This document shows positions 47,710-59,170 of a stretch of DNA of 64,000 nucleotides, piece after piece (the first letter of the stretch is position 1; each line of letters begins with the position of its first letter). The translations under genes and the position numbers were made by a program. Source of the DNA: Hypanus sabinus (taxonomy: Eukaryota); contig NC_082720.1 of the NCBI RefSeq assembly GCF_030144855.1, positions 55,986,001 through 56,050,000 of the forward strand, read 5' to 3'. Below the pieces are notes generated by a model. That model worked only from the letters and a program-made list of their open reading frames with translations, was not told where the DNA came from and made no database searches.

Positions 47710-48100
47710 CTCAACGCTCCAATCTTTATGCCGATGCCTACAGTATGTGTATGTTCCTGAAGCGATGCCTCAAAAAGTCGGCATCCATCATTATGGAGTC
47801 CCATCACCCACGTATTGCTGCTATAAGGGAGGAGGTGTAGGAACCCGCAGGCATACAACTCATCAATTCAGGGACATTCCCTTCCCCTGGAGCATTCGAT
47901 TTCTATATGGGCATTGGACCCATGAACACAACCTCACAACTTTATTCAGTTTTATTTTTGGACTACGCATTTAACGACTATTTAATACTCACTGTAATTC
48001 ACGGTTTTCTGAGACATTTACTATGCATTGAAATGCACTACTGCACAAAGACAGCGAATTTCACGACATCTACTGGTGATATTAAACCTGATTCTGTATG
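47710..48100 (+). mobile_element. Rex1/Babar-type LINE 3' fragment
   Basis: TGCCTCAAAAAGTCGGCATCCATCATTA...CCCCATCACCCA-like core; ends GATATTAAACCTGATTCTG. Confidence 0.6.
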
Positions 48101-48859
48101 CACTTTGGGGCACGGAGAGCCCGACAATCAATACATCCCGTCTCGCAATTATAATTAAGCACAATACACCGTATACGCAATAATTCAGCATCACAATTTT
48201 CTGTCTTCCGAATTATCTCTGTTATCACGACAAACGCTCCTCTTGTTCTTTTATCTTAAGTACAAACAAATGCAGTATATCCCCGTCTCCTCGAACGCAG
48301 TCTACCACATCAGCACTGCAGTACAATTTCTTGATACATGCTGCTTTCCATCTAAACTTTTCTCCTTCCCAACTTTCTTGAACGAGTTTTATCTAGAATT
48401 TTGTGCTAAATCATAAATTTCCCGTCATCTATCATAGAGGATATTAATGTAATTGGTGTGCGATGATAGACTTTGATGAAATATGTGCACAGAAAACCCA
48501 GAATGTTAAGGTGGATGAATATAATTGTTGTATTTCTTGGACATCAAGGAATGCGTTTTCCATTCGTTAGTTGCCAAGAAATACAGCAATTATATTTCCA
48601 CGTCACAGATTGTTTATAGAATCAATACATTCAAAATGCTAAAAATTAAACAGTATTTACACGCCAGCAGTTTAATTTACATGTCAGGATAGTCAAAGAA
48701 GTTTTCTCAAATAGCTGGTGTTCAGATAATTAAAGGACCAAGCGAACTATATGATGATTCTGATCGTTTAGAAACTCAAGACTACCGAAGTACTAAAGCA
48801 CTGATTTTAAATTTCTTGATGAGAAGCTATTGTAAACGCAGGTGGTTCGAGGATTTTAG

Positions 48860-51090
48860 TTGTAATGTTGTCTTCCAGCTAATAAAAGCAAGCTCTCCCT
48901 CTCCTTCGAAATTTACCGCGGTGAAATAGAGCTTCTGGATAAAAGTGGTGATTCTAGATTAAAGTTCGACGTCTTTCCCGGACAAAGACATTGTCCTGCA
49001 AATGGATGAATCTGTTGCACCGTTTCCCACTTCCTGTTTCCTGAACCGTAGCTACTTAATCCAGAACGCGGTCAATCCATATATCATCAGCCCCAACAAG
49101 AAGTCTGGTATGAATGTACACGTCAGAAACAATACTGTACCAGATGCAGAGTGGCAGTAAGAGAAATCATTCGACTGTGAAAAACAAGCATCTTTCCAAC
49201 TTGTATCGACGGCTGTCGACGGCGGAAGGCCTTCAAGATCCGGGATAACTAAGTACTAATACTGGCTACAATAAAAAAAAAGGCACCTATGTTCGAAAAT
49301 GAGGCGGGAAGGAAATGCACTTTTGCGAATGATTCACCATCAATAACTCTTGGAGACGTGAGGCGAGATATAGGCTTATATTGGCTGGAAGAAAGAACAA
49401 GCAGCAATTGACCACAACACTGCATCCTGGAGACTGAGGCTGGGGCCGTGTCTCCAATCGCCTTTACACCGGGGTCCGTGGGAGGACCCACGGTCAGTGG
49501 GAGGAGCCACAGGAGCAGTCAGCGGGGGAGGGCGTGTCCAGACAGGTACATGTAGTTCACTACAGCGAACATTAGTGAACAAAGCTCCAAGGTATTAACT
49601 GCACTTTCGTTAATCTTGTTCCAGGGAGAGCGCATAAGTTATGGGCCTGGTTCCTCAGATTGGTGAGAACGAACTCCAGGAACGGCTAGATTTTGAAGCG
49701 GAGGAATGTCTCGAACTTGATATTTAGACCATGGAGAATTGTTCGTCAGCACTTACAGGATATTCCAAAGTACGAATGCATTTGATTGATGTAAACGATA
49801 TTGCTCCTGAGATAACGGTGTTCTCTTCATGTGGCAAAAATCCCCAAGCCTCTCTTGGAACAGTGATAGCTAAGATGTTCGTTACGGATCGTGATCCCGG
49901 AGAAAACTGGTAAGTTCCGAGCAACATTCCATTGGGTCTTTCCTTTTAAGTTCAGTCCTCCCCGAACAGCCATTATAAAATGATCACCAGTCACCTGTTG
50001 GATGGGGAAACCACCCCAATCACAGCCTGGGTTTTTGGGTGTCCATTATTAACATGTAAAATCATCCATATATTGGCGTCTGATAGCAATAACAGCACAC
50101 CGCAATTTTCCCAATATTTCTACGCCTTCTGTGTGATAAGAATGACTCTACGGATGCAACTATTTTTTGCACTGTCTGCGTTTGATCCGAACCTGGACTA
50201 CATCTCCTATATTGTTACGACTTCAGGGAGAATGTGCGGGATGCACTGGTGTCCATCTATGTTGTGATTAACTCGATGGAAGACAGCATTTGCGCAAAGC
50301 TGTTATTTGAATATGAGAAAATCAAAACCTTCCAAATCAAGCTCGTTCCGGCGATGTGCCACAGTTGAGCAGCAGCGCTACAGTGAAAGTGATCATCCTG
50401 AATCAAACTGACAACGTGTCGGAATTAGTTTTACCTCCAGCACCGTGTAGATCGTGAGCTATGGAGATCCTTCCCCAGTCAGTGGGTCAGCTGTACTTGG
50501 TCACCAAAATCATGGTGACTGATGTAGATTCTGGTCATAATGTTCCGCTCTCCTACCAGATGGTTCAAGCAACTGATCCTGCTCTCTTTAGCATAGAGTT
50601 CAATTTAGGCGAAATCAGAACAACGGGAAGAATTTTGGAGCTGGATGAATGCTACCACGCAAAGTACAATGGTCTTAGTAGGCAATGTCACCGAGAATGT
50701 TCCCGAGAAAGTCTCTGAAACGAAGTACTTTCATAGTAATCCTGATTATGTTTCCGACATTAATGTTTTTTTTTTACTTGTCACCTTCGTATCAAATCGG
50801 TTTTGTTTCTTCTGATTGTCGTTTACTTGGTTTTCTTAAACTAGAAGCAACAAGGCGGTATTGTTGAAGATGTCGGTTCCCCAAGGTTGTTGTTCCAGGC
50901 TGGGAAATTCCAAGGAACCCTTTACTTGGTGCAAGAGAACAAGAGATTTCTGAGGTTGCTTTGGAACTGGTCAGACTGCACCCTTCCGCGAGAGGTATTA
51001 TTACTCGGGGTTTTGTCACCGGAATCATCCAAGAGCGAATTTCTTTTCCTGAAACCCTACATTCCAATCTTAATTGAAGTACATTGTTAA
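48860..51090 (+). pseudogene. Clustered protocadherin pseudogene (unit 5), 5'-deleted, frameshifted, LTR-interrupted
   Basis: Fragmentary ORFs LIDVNDIAPEITV, MEILPQSVGQLYLVTKIMVTDVDSGHNVPLSYQMVQATDP and LSPESSKSEFLFLKPYIPILIEVHC*; nucleotide colinearity with units 3/4 from late EC1 onward; many stops and indels. Confidence 0.93.
49330..49564 (-). mobile_element. 235-bp solo LTR (TG...CA) with 5-bp TSD GCGAA inside the Pcdh pseudogene
   Basis: GCGAA at 49325-29 and 49565-69; removing the insert restores GCACTTTTGCGAACATTAGTGA, matching unit 4 GCACCTTTGGGAACATTGGTGA. Confidence 0.9.
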
Positions 51091-51221
51091 AGCAGATGAT
51101 TATGATAAATGCAAGCTTTATCCTTGTCCCTGTAGTTAATGTGCGACGATTTTCTCATAATTTGAAGTGGAATATTACCGACTTTCAAGCATCTGAATCG
51201 CCCCAGACTTCAAATAAAAGC

Positions 51222-51590
51222 ATAAGAACATAAGATATAGAAGCAGGAGTAGGCCATCTGGCCAGTCGAGCCTATTCCGCCAATTAATAAAATCATACTT
51301 GATCTGGCCATGCATTCATCTCCACCTATTTGCATGTTCCCCATAACCTTTATTTCGCCTACTTTGCCAAAATGCAGGACGTCATAGCATTAAAGTGGCA
51401 TTATTAAGGTAAGAAAATAGCCATTATATTGGCCCTGCTTTCCACCTACCATAAACCAGCGCAAAATGAGTGACTATTATCCTAATTCTCCTCTGCACTC
51501 TCTTTATTCTGTTGACGTCTTTCCTATAATTCAGTGATCAGAACGGTACACAATACTCCAAATTTAGCCTCACCAATTCCTTATACAAGT
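51222..51590 (-). mobile_element. CR1 3' fragments
   Basis: CATAAGAACATAAG tail; CACAATACTCCAAATTTAGCCTCACCAATTCCTTATACAA (LYK.LVR.NLEYC). Confidence 0.7.
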
Positions 51591-51594
51591 TTAA

Positions 51595-52815
51595 ATTGTG
51601 GAGGGGATGGGTAAGATGTGTTTGGTGGTGGTGGGATCCCGTTGGAGATGACAGAAGTTCCGGAAAACTGTATGCTGGATGTGGAGGCGGATGATGTGGC
51701 AGGTACAGATAAGAGGAACCCTGTCTCGGGTAGAGTAGAGGGAGGATGGAATAAGAGCAGACGTGCGTAAAAGGGAAGAGAGGCGTCTGAGGGCAGCGTT
51801 AATTGTGGAGCTAGGGAAACCCCTTTTTTTGAAAAGGGAGGACATTCCATCCTTCTAGAATGAAATGCCTCATCCTGAGAGCAGATGCGGTGGAGACTGA
51901 GTAATTCAGAGACGAAGATGCCATTTTTACAAGTACCAGGGTGATATTTGGTACTATATCAAAGGCATAGCCCAGGTAGCTGGAGAGTCTGTGGGTTTAT
52001 AATAGACACCAATAGATAACCTGCCTACAGAGATAGAGACAGTGACACCCAGATACGTAAGAGACCTGCCGGAAATAGACCAGGTAGATTTGAGGGTAGG
52101 GTGGAGCTTGGAGGCAAAGGTTAAGAAGTCGTAGAGCTCAGCATGGGTGCAGGAAGCAGCACCAATGCAGTCGTCGATGTAGCGTAGGAAAAGTGGGGGA
52201 CTGTCACCAGCGTAGGCTTGGAACGTGGACAGTTCGACGTAGCCGACAGACGGGCAAGCATAGATGGGACCCAGGCGAATGTCCATGGCTACAACTTTTG
52301 TTCAAAGGAAGTGAAAGGAGCCAAAAGGTGAATTAATAAGACGGTGCAGAGTGGGGTGGAGCGGTACTGGTTGGGTCTGGCCTTCCGAAAGAAACGGGGA
52401 GCTTTGAGGCCTTGCTGCTGGGCGAGGGAGGTGCATAGGGGCTGGACATCCATAGCGAAAATATCTTGAAATCATTGAAAAGATGCAAAACGTGTGAAAT
52501 GTCACGGATGTAAGCAGAAAGGAACGGAACTAGGGGGAGAGTCGAGATATGAAGATATGTGTTCAATGGGGGCAGGAACAAGCTGAAACAGTCGGTCTAC
52601 ATGAACAAACGAGTTTGTGGATCTTGGGTAGTAGAAGTTAGAAACGGGAAGTGTCGGGTGCGGGAACTCTGGGGTTGGTGGCAGTGGATGGGAGATCCCC
52701 AGAGCTAAAAAAGGTTCGGTGATATTGTAGGAGGCAATGGCTTGGTGTTTCTTAGTGGGATCCTGTTGGAGGGGTAAAAAGAGGTGTCTGAGTGCTGTCG
52801 CTGGGCCTCAGCAAA
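51595..52815 (-). mobile_element. Penelope-like element RT fragment
   Basis: Minus ORF 51954-52286 with PLFLRYIDDCIG and VYYKPTDS; downstream MSSLFKKRGFPSSTINAAL. Confidence 0.9.
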
Positions 52816-52839
52816 GTAGGGTCAGTCCGGCAGACTACT

Positions 52840-54490
52840 ATATAAGTAACCATGTTATTTTTCCTCCTTTCTAAAATCTGCCTACTTTTCTGTTCCGCAG
52901 TTTCCCGGTGGGTATTGGGCGGCTTATAGATTTTATACTGCCGCTTTTCTGTTTCTGACTTCCACCAACCCATGCTGACACAGCACATGATCCCTCCACA
53001 ATATTCTCCCTTTTCTGCAGCTGTGGTACTACTCCTGATTGGCAATGCTAATATTTCTGCTTCACTATCTCTCTTTCTCTCTTTCGAAGCATCTAAACCT
53101 CCCAACATCAAGCAGGCAATTCTCTGTAAAGGCCAGAGCATCGTAATTCCATGCACTGATTTACACTGGACGCTCATTCCTATTATTGATAAATCTTTTC
53201 GTCTTGAAGTAAAGCCATGCCCACTAACTAACCCTTCCTTACAGTCACTCTGCACAATGCTTACCTCTTTTCACCCTATGGGCCTTCATCTTTTCGAAAG
53301 TTCTGGCTGCCGCCCTTCAGCGAAACTCGTTTAAATCCTCCCCAGCATCTCGAGCAAACCTGCCTGCAAAGCCATCCCTCTCAAACTCAGGTGTAACCAA
53401 TCCCTCTTGTGTAGGTCATCCCGTCCACAGAAGAGATCCCAAAGATCGACAAATCTGAAAACCTGCCATTTCCACCAACTCTTCAACCACGTATTCAACT
53501 GCCAGAACTTCCCGTTCTTCCCCTCACTAGCGCGTGACACACACATCAATGCAGAGATTGCTACATTTAAGGTTCTGCTTTTTAGCTTCATACCTTTCCG
53601 CTATATTTGTTCTTCAGGACCTCAGCCTAAGTCCTCTCTATGCTGGTTCACCCTGTACACTGCTGTAGACTACATCAGGCCGGGCCCCTGTGGCTTAGCT
53701 TGTAGGTTTCCTCCTCTAACAATTTCAAGGGCAGCATACTTGTTATTACTATATTTATGCTTTAGCTTCACACTTCTCGCTTCCCTGCGTATTCACCAAA
53801 TTTTATATTACACCTTTGTCTCATCTGTTTGCCAAATTGTCCCGTATTCAGTCTTGTTAACCTAATTTACTAGTTGTGATCGTTTCCGTTGTCTTTTCGT
53901 ACGCAGTTCCCCTAAATTACAAACGGTTTCTATTTAATATCTCCTTTTTGTGGCCTCCTGTACATATATTTTTCCTTACGTAATCAGTTAAATACTCGAA
54001 GATGCAATCTTTATAGGGCCCTTGACCTTGCTGCTGCTTCTGCCCACTGGGTCTGCGAGTCTGCGAGTGTACACCAAGTTAATCCAGACGCAAAAGATGT
54101 AAGAAATCTATTTGTGATTTCTCGGATCTCATCTGGTTCCTCGCATAGATTACTAATCTGCTCCTTTGTCCTTTGCAATCCTGTTGCTTTTAGCATATCC
54201 GCACAGTACTTTAGGATTGTTCTTGCAATTGCCTGCTAAGGCAATCTCATGCTTTACTTAGTCCTCTGATTTATCTCTTGTGTTATATTGAAGTTCTTGT
54301 ACTTCATAAGTACCCCTTTTGTTCTTACCTGCCTACAGCTGATATGCATCTATTTTTCCTCATCCATGGCCTGAATATCGCTTGAAAACCAAAATCCCTA
54401 AAGCTGCTATCTTTACCTGTTAATTTTGACAAGGAGATGCAAGGTTCGTACACCCAATAGTTCACTTTTTAAGTCCTCACATTTACAAAT
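52840..54490 (-). mobile_element. Decayed CR1 fragments (ORF1 end and ORF2 pieces)
   Basis: WQLNTWLKSW...FRFVDLWDLFCGRDDLHKRDWLHLSLRG (ORF1 esterase region); IYKPPNTHRE. Confidence 0.75.
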
Positions 54491-54509
54491 CTACATTGAA
54501 GAAACCAAA

Positions 54510-57280
54510 AGCTGAATACAGGGCTGCAGGTGTTGTATTCGTATGGAGTAAGGTAGATGAACTTGCAGCACAATTGCAGATTGGCAGACAAGATGTTGCA
54601 GGCGTCACCGAAAAATGGCTGAAAGAATACTCTAGTGATAGTACACAATGTATGAAAAGGGCAGGCAGGAAGGCAGAGGTGGCGGCGTTGCTCTGCTGGT
54701 AGGGTCGGAAGTCTTTGAATCATTGTGAATAGAGCAAACGAACTGCAAAGGTTCGGATTTGGTGTTGTGCAAGGAACTATAATTGATTAGAGCACTTTAG
54801 GTGAAGGATCCCTTTGGGGCAAGTGATCATTATATGCTCGAATTCACCCTGAAATTTGGGAAGGAGAAACTAAGGTCAGATGTGTCAGTATCACAATAGA
54901 GTAAAGGGAATTACAGAGATATGAGAAGAGCTGGCCAGAATTGATTGGAAAAGAACACTGGTGGAGATGATGGCCCAGCTGCAATGGCAGTAATTTCTGG
55001 AAGCAATTCAGCAGGATATATACATCCCAAAGCGGAAGAAGTAGTTGAAAGGAAATATGATACAACTGTGGCAAACAAGAGAATTGAAAAATAATATCAA
55101 GACCTAAGAGAGGACATATTGTAGAGCAAAGCTTAATGAGAAGTTAGTCGGATTATATAATTATATTAAAGACGATACCGACAGTTTCTTCAGATACATG
55201 AAGTGTTAAAGAGAGGTGTGAGTGTACATCGGACTGCTGAAATACCAATTCTGGAGAGGTAGTAACGGGGAACAACGAAATGACAGAAGAACTGAATACG
55301 TGTTTTACATCAGAATTCACGGTGGAAGACACTAGCAGTTTGCTGAAAGTTCCAGGTGTCAGGATCTTAAAGTTTGTGAAGTTACCAAAGTGAAGGAGCA
55401 GGTCTTGAAAAACTGAAAAGACTGAAGTCAATTGGACCAGATGCTGTACACCCAAGGGTTCTGGAAGTGATTGATGAAGAGACAGTAAAGGCATTATAGT
55501 AATGATCCATCACGAATCACTAGATTCTAAAATGGTTCCAGAAGACTGAAAAATTGCACAAGTCACTCCAATCTTCAAAAAGGGAGACAAACAGAGGAAA
55601 GAAAATTATAGGGCAGTTTATCTCACATCAGTGGTTGGGAAGATGTTGCAATCGATTACTAAGGATGAGGTATTAGGGTACTTGGACGCACATGATGGAA
55701 AATGGTTTTCCATGATGGTGAGCACATGATGGTGAGCATGGTTTCCTGAAGGGGAAATATTGTCTGTCAAATCTGTAGACAAAGGAGAATCGGTTGATGT
55801 GAAATTCTTTCCACAGACAGCTGCGAAAGCCAAGTCTTTAACTATGTTTAAGGCAGAGGTTGATAAATTCTTCGTTGGTCAGGACATGAACGGATTCGGG
55901 GAGAAAGAAGGAGCTTGGGGCTTAGGGGAAAATTGGAACAGCTATGATGAAATGGCGGTGCAGACTTGGTGGGCCAAATGGACTAACCGATCCTGTAACT
56001 TATGGCCGAATGGCCTTATGATGACAGCAGAACTCCAGATCGCTCAACCCACCCAAAAAGGCACCACAACAATGTAAACCACAGCTTCCAATCGAATACA
56101 GCTCAGTAGCAGAATAATATTTGAAAGAAAAAGTAAAATAAGTAGTTTCGAAATAGGGAAGTTACTAACATGGTTAGAGCATTTGATGATTGGAAGAAGA
56201 CAACGAGTGGGAGTAAAATGATTCTTATCTAGTGAGCTGTCTGTGGCTAGTGGTGTTCCACAGGGGTCGGTTTTGGGACCACTGCTTTTTATGCTGTATA
56301 TCAGTGATTTAGATGATGGAATAGATGGCTTTATTGCCAAGTTTGCAGATGATATGAAGATTGGTGGAGAGGCAGGTAGTTTTGAAGAAACAGGAAGGAT
56401 GCAGAAGCCCTTAGACAGATTAGGAGAATGGGCAAGAAGGTGGCAAATGAAATACAATGTTGGAAAATGCATGATCATGCACATTTTAGTAGAAATACTT
56501 CTGTGGACCATTTGCTAAACGGGGACAAAATGAAAACAATCTAGGATGCAAAAGGACTTGGGAGTCCATGTGCGGAACTTCCTGAAGGTTAACTTGCAGG
56601 TTCAGTCGGGGATGAGGAAGGCAAGTACAATGTTAGCATTCATTTCAAGAGGTCTAGAATAAAAGAACAGGGATGTGATGCTGAGATTTTTTATGACACT
56701 CGTGAGGCCTTACCCTGAGTATTGTGAACAGTTCTGGGCTCTGCAACTTATTAGGGAGGTGCTGGTATTGGGGGGGATCCAGAGGAGGTTCACAAAGATG
56801 ATTTCAGGAATGAAAGTATTATCATAGGAAGAACGTTTGATGGCTCTAGGTCTGTATTCGTTGAAATTTAGAAGGATGGTGGTGTGGGGGCTGAGCTCAT
56901 TGAAATCTTTCGAATGTTGTAAGGCCTAGACAGAGTGGATGTGGAAAGGATTCTTCTGCTGGTGGGAGACTCTAGGACAAGAGTGCACAGTCTCAGGATA
57001 CAGGGGCGTCCATTCAAAACAGAGATGGGGAGAAATTTCCTTAGCCAGAGAATGGTGACTTTGTGGAATTTGTTGTCATGTGTACCTGTGGATACCAGGT
57101 CGTTGGGTGTATTTAAGGCAGAGATAGATAGGTTCCTGATTGGTCGTGGCATCAGAGGTTACGGGGAGAAAGCTGGGAAATGGGGTTGAGGAGGGAAAAA
57201 TGATCAGATATAATTGAATGGCGCAGCAGACTCGAGGAGCCAAATGGCCTAGTTCTGCCCCTATGTGTTATGGCCTTATA
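54510..57280 (+). mobile_element. Decayed CR1 LINE(s)
   Basis: SKVDELAAQLQIG...VAGVTEKWL; SGVPQGSVLGPLLFMLYISDLD...KFADDMK; FLSQRMVTLWNLL; 3' UTR ending at ~57280. Confidence 0.9.
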
Positions 57281-57292
57281 AAGCATGCAAGG

Positions 57293-57362
57293 AGCCAGCG
57301 GATTCGAACCCGTGATCACTCGCCTCAAAGTCCAGAACGAATGCCACTACACCACCGACGGC
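57293..57362 (-). mobile_element. tRNA-derived SINE head / tRNA pseudogene
   Basis: Minus strand: A box TGGTGTAGTGG, CTGGACTTTGA (Gln-TTG-like arm), B box GGTTCGAATCC; anticodon and acceptor stems do not pair fully. Confidence 0.7.
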
Positions 57363-58264
57363 AAGGAACGGACTTTTTACCTATCTTGATGAACTAGAGA
57401 TTTCACGATCATCTGAAGCAGTTGGCAGACTGAACAATCACGCATGCGGTTGCGACGCTTTTAAGCGGACGAAGGTAGATCGCCATTGCTGGAACAGGTA
57501 GAGGAGGGGAGGTCTCCAAGCCAGGCTGAATCGCAGAGGAATGAGAGCCCTTTATCCAGCATCTGGTTCGTAAATATCCTGTCGCTGGAGAAGAAAATAA
57601 AACACCAAAGGGCAAGTGTGCTTCAATGCACGGAAATGAGAAATAACTGCTCTGTGTTTAACGGAGACGTGGATCAATATTAACACGTCTCATTCGGCGA
57701 TCAGAGACGAAGTCTTCTCCATGCACAGAATTTGTAGGAGGAAGAAGGTGGGGGATTTGTTTCATGATAAAATGTCCGTTGTGCTCGGATGTGGTGATTT
57801 TGTTGTACACATGTTCTTCCAAACTGGAACATTTAACAAGTCAGTGCCGACCGTTCTATTTGCCAAGAGAGTTCTTCTCCGTGATCTACACAACAGCTTA
57901 TACACAGGCGAAAGCCGACAGTAGTGAGGCACTCGGAATATTGAAAGCTGCCACCTCCCCCTCCACCCCCAGAAAGAAACAGTTCGTCGGAGGCATTTCA
58001 TAATTTCATGTCATAGTAGGGTCTTCAATCACACGTGTAAATAAATCTTTGACAAGGCATACCGCAACAGCATAAACCCTGCAGCACCAGGGGTCCCAAA
58101 ACACTAGACCACTGCTCTACTACGGTAAGGACTGATTGCTGTTCCTTTCCCGGACCGCATTTCCGGAAAGCAGATAACTTGGCTCTATTTCTTCTATCTG
58201 CATAAACACAGGAGCTAAAGAAACATTCTCTAGAGATAAGGACAACAAAGATGACCATGGGAGA

Positions 58265-58675
58265 GAGAAACATAGAAAAACTGCAGTACCTTACAAGCCC
58301 TACGGCCCACAATGCTGTGCCGGACATGTACTTACTTTAGAAATGACCTGGGGTTACCCATAGCCCTCTTTTGTAAACTCTATGTACCTATCCAGGAGCC
58401 TCTTAAAAGACCCTATCGTATCCATCTCCACCACATTCGTCGGCAGCCCATTCCATGCACTCACCACTCTGCGTAAAATAACTTACCCCTGATATCTCCT
58501 CTGTATCCACTGGAAAGCACCTTAAGACTGTGCCCTCCCATGATAGCCATTTGAGCCCTGGAAATTAGCCTCTGACTATTCATACGATGAATACCTCTCA
58601 TCAGCTTATACACCTCTATCAGGGCACCTCTCATCTTCTGTCACTACAAGGAGAAAAGGCAAAGTTCACTCAACG
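58265..58675 (-). mobile_element. CR1 3' fragment nested in the Rex1-type LINE
   Basis: AGAAACATAGAAA tail; same family as 38243-38640 and 43320-43750. Confidence 0.85.
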
Positions 58676-58989
58676 GACGCTACGAGAGCTCTTCGGTGAA
58701 TTGGGCCGTGTTCAGGAACTCATCAGAGCATTTGACAGAATACACCACAGTGTCCACAAGAAATAATTCTGAGTTTTTCCCAACCAGAATCCCATGGATG
58801 AGCCATGAGATCCGTAGTGTGCTGAGGGCCAAATCAGTGGCATTTAGGTCTAGCGACCATGAAAGATCCAACAGGTCCATGTACGTCTCCAGAAGCCATC
58901 TCCAGACTAAGATTGAACCACGGAAGAAACCTCCTAAACTATGGCGTCTCTAGAATGCTTTCACCCCTTACGAAATAAAATTGTGTCTG

Positions 58990-59170
58990 TACATCCTGCC
59001 GGTGGACAAGTGGGATTTCCCTGGGTTCTTCAGTTTCTTCTCGCTGTTAGGTAACGTATCCGGTCGGATAACTGGTCATTGGAATTTGTCCTTTAATTAG
59101 ATTAGGGTTTGTCGCGCGTTGCTAGGATGGCCTGGCTCGACGGGCCTACTCCGTGTTGTATTGGTAAATG
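58990..59170 (+). mobile_element. V-SINE-like fragment
   Basis: GTGGGATTTCCCTGGGTTCTTCAGTTTCTTCTC...ACTGGTCATTGGAATTTGTCC...GGGCCTACTCCGTGTTGTA. Confidence 0.6.

Noticed and set aside
57293-57362. Functional tRNA-Gln gene
   Set aside because: Anticodon and acceptor stems do not pair properly and no oligo-T terminator follows.
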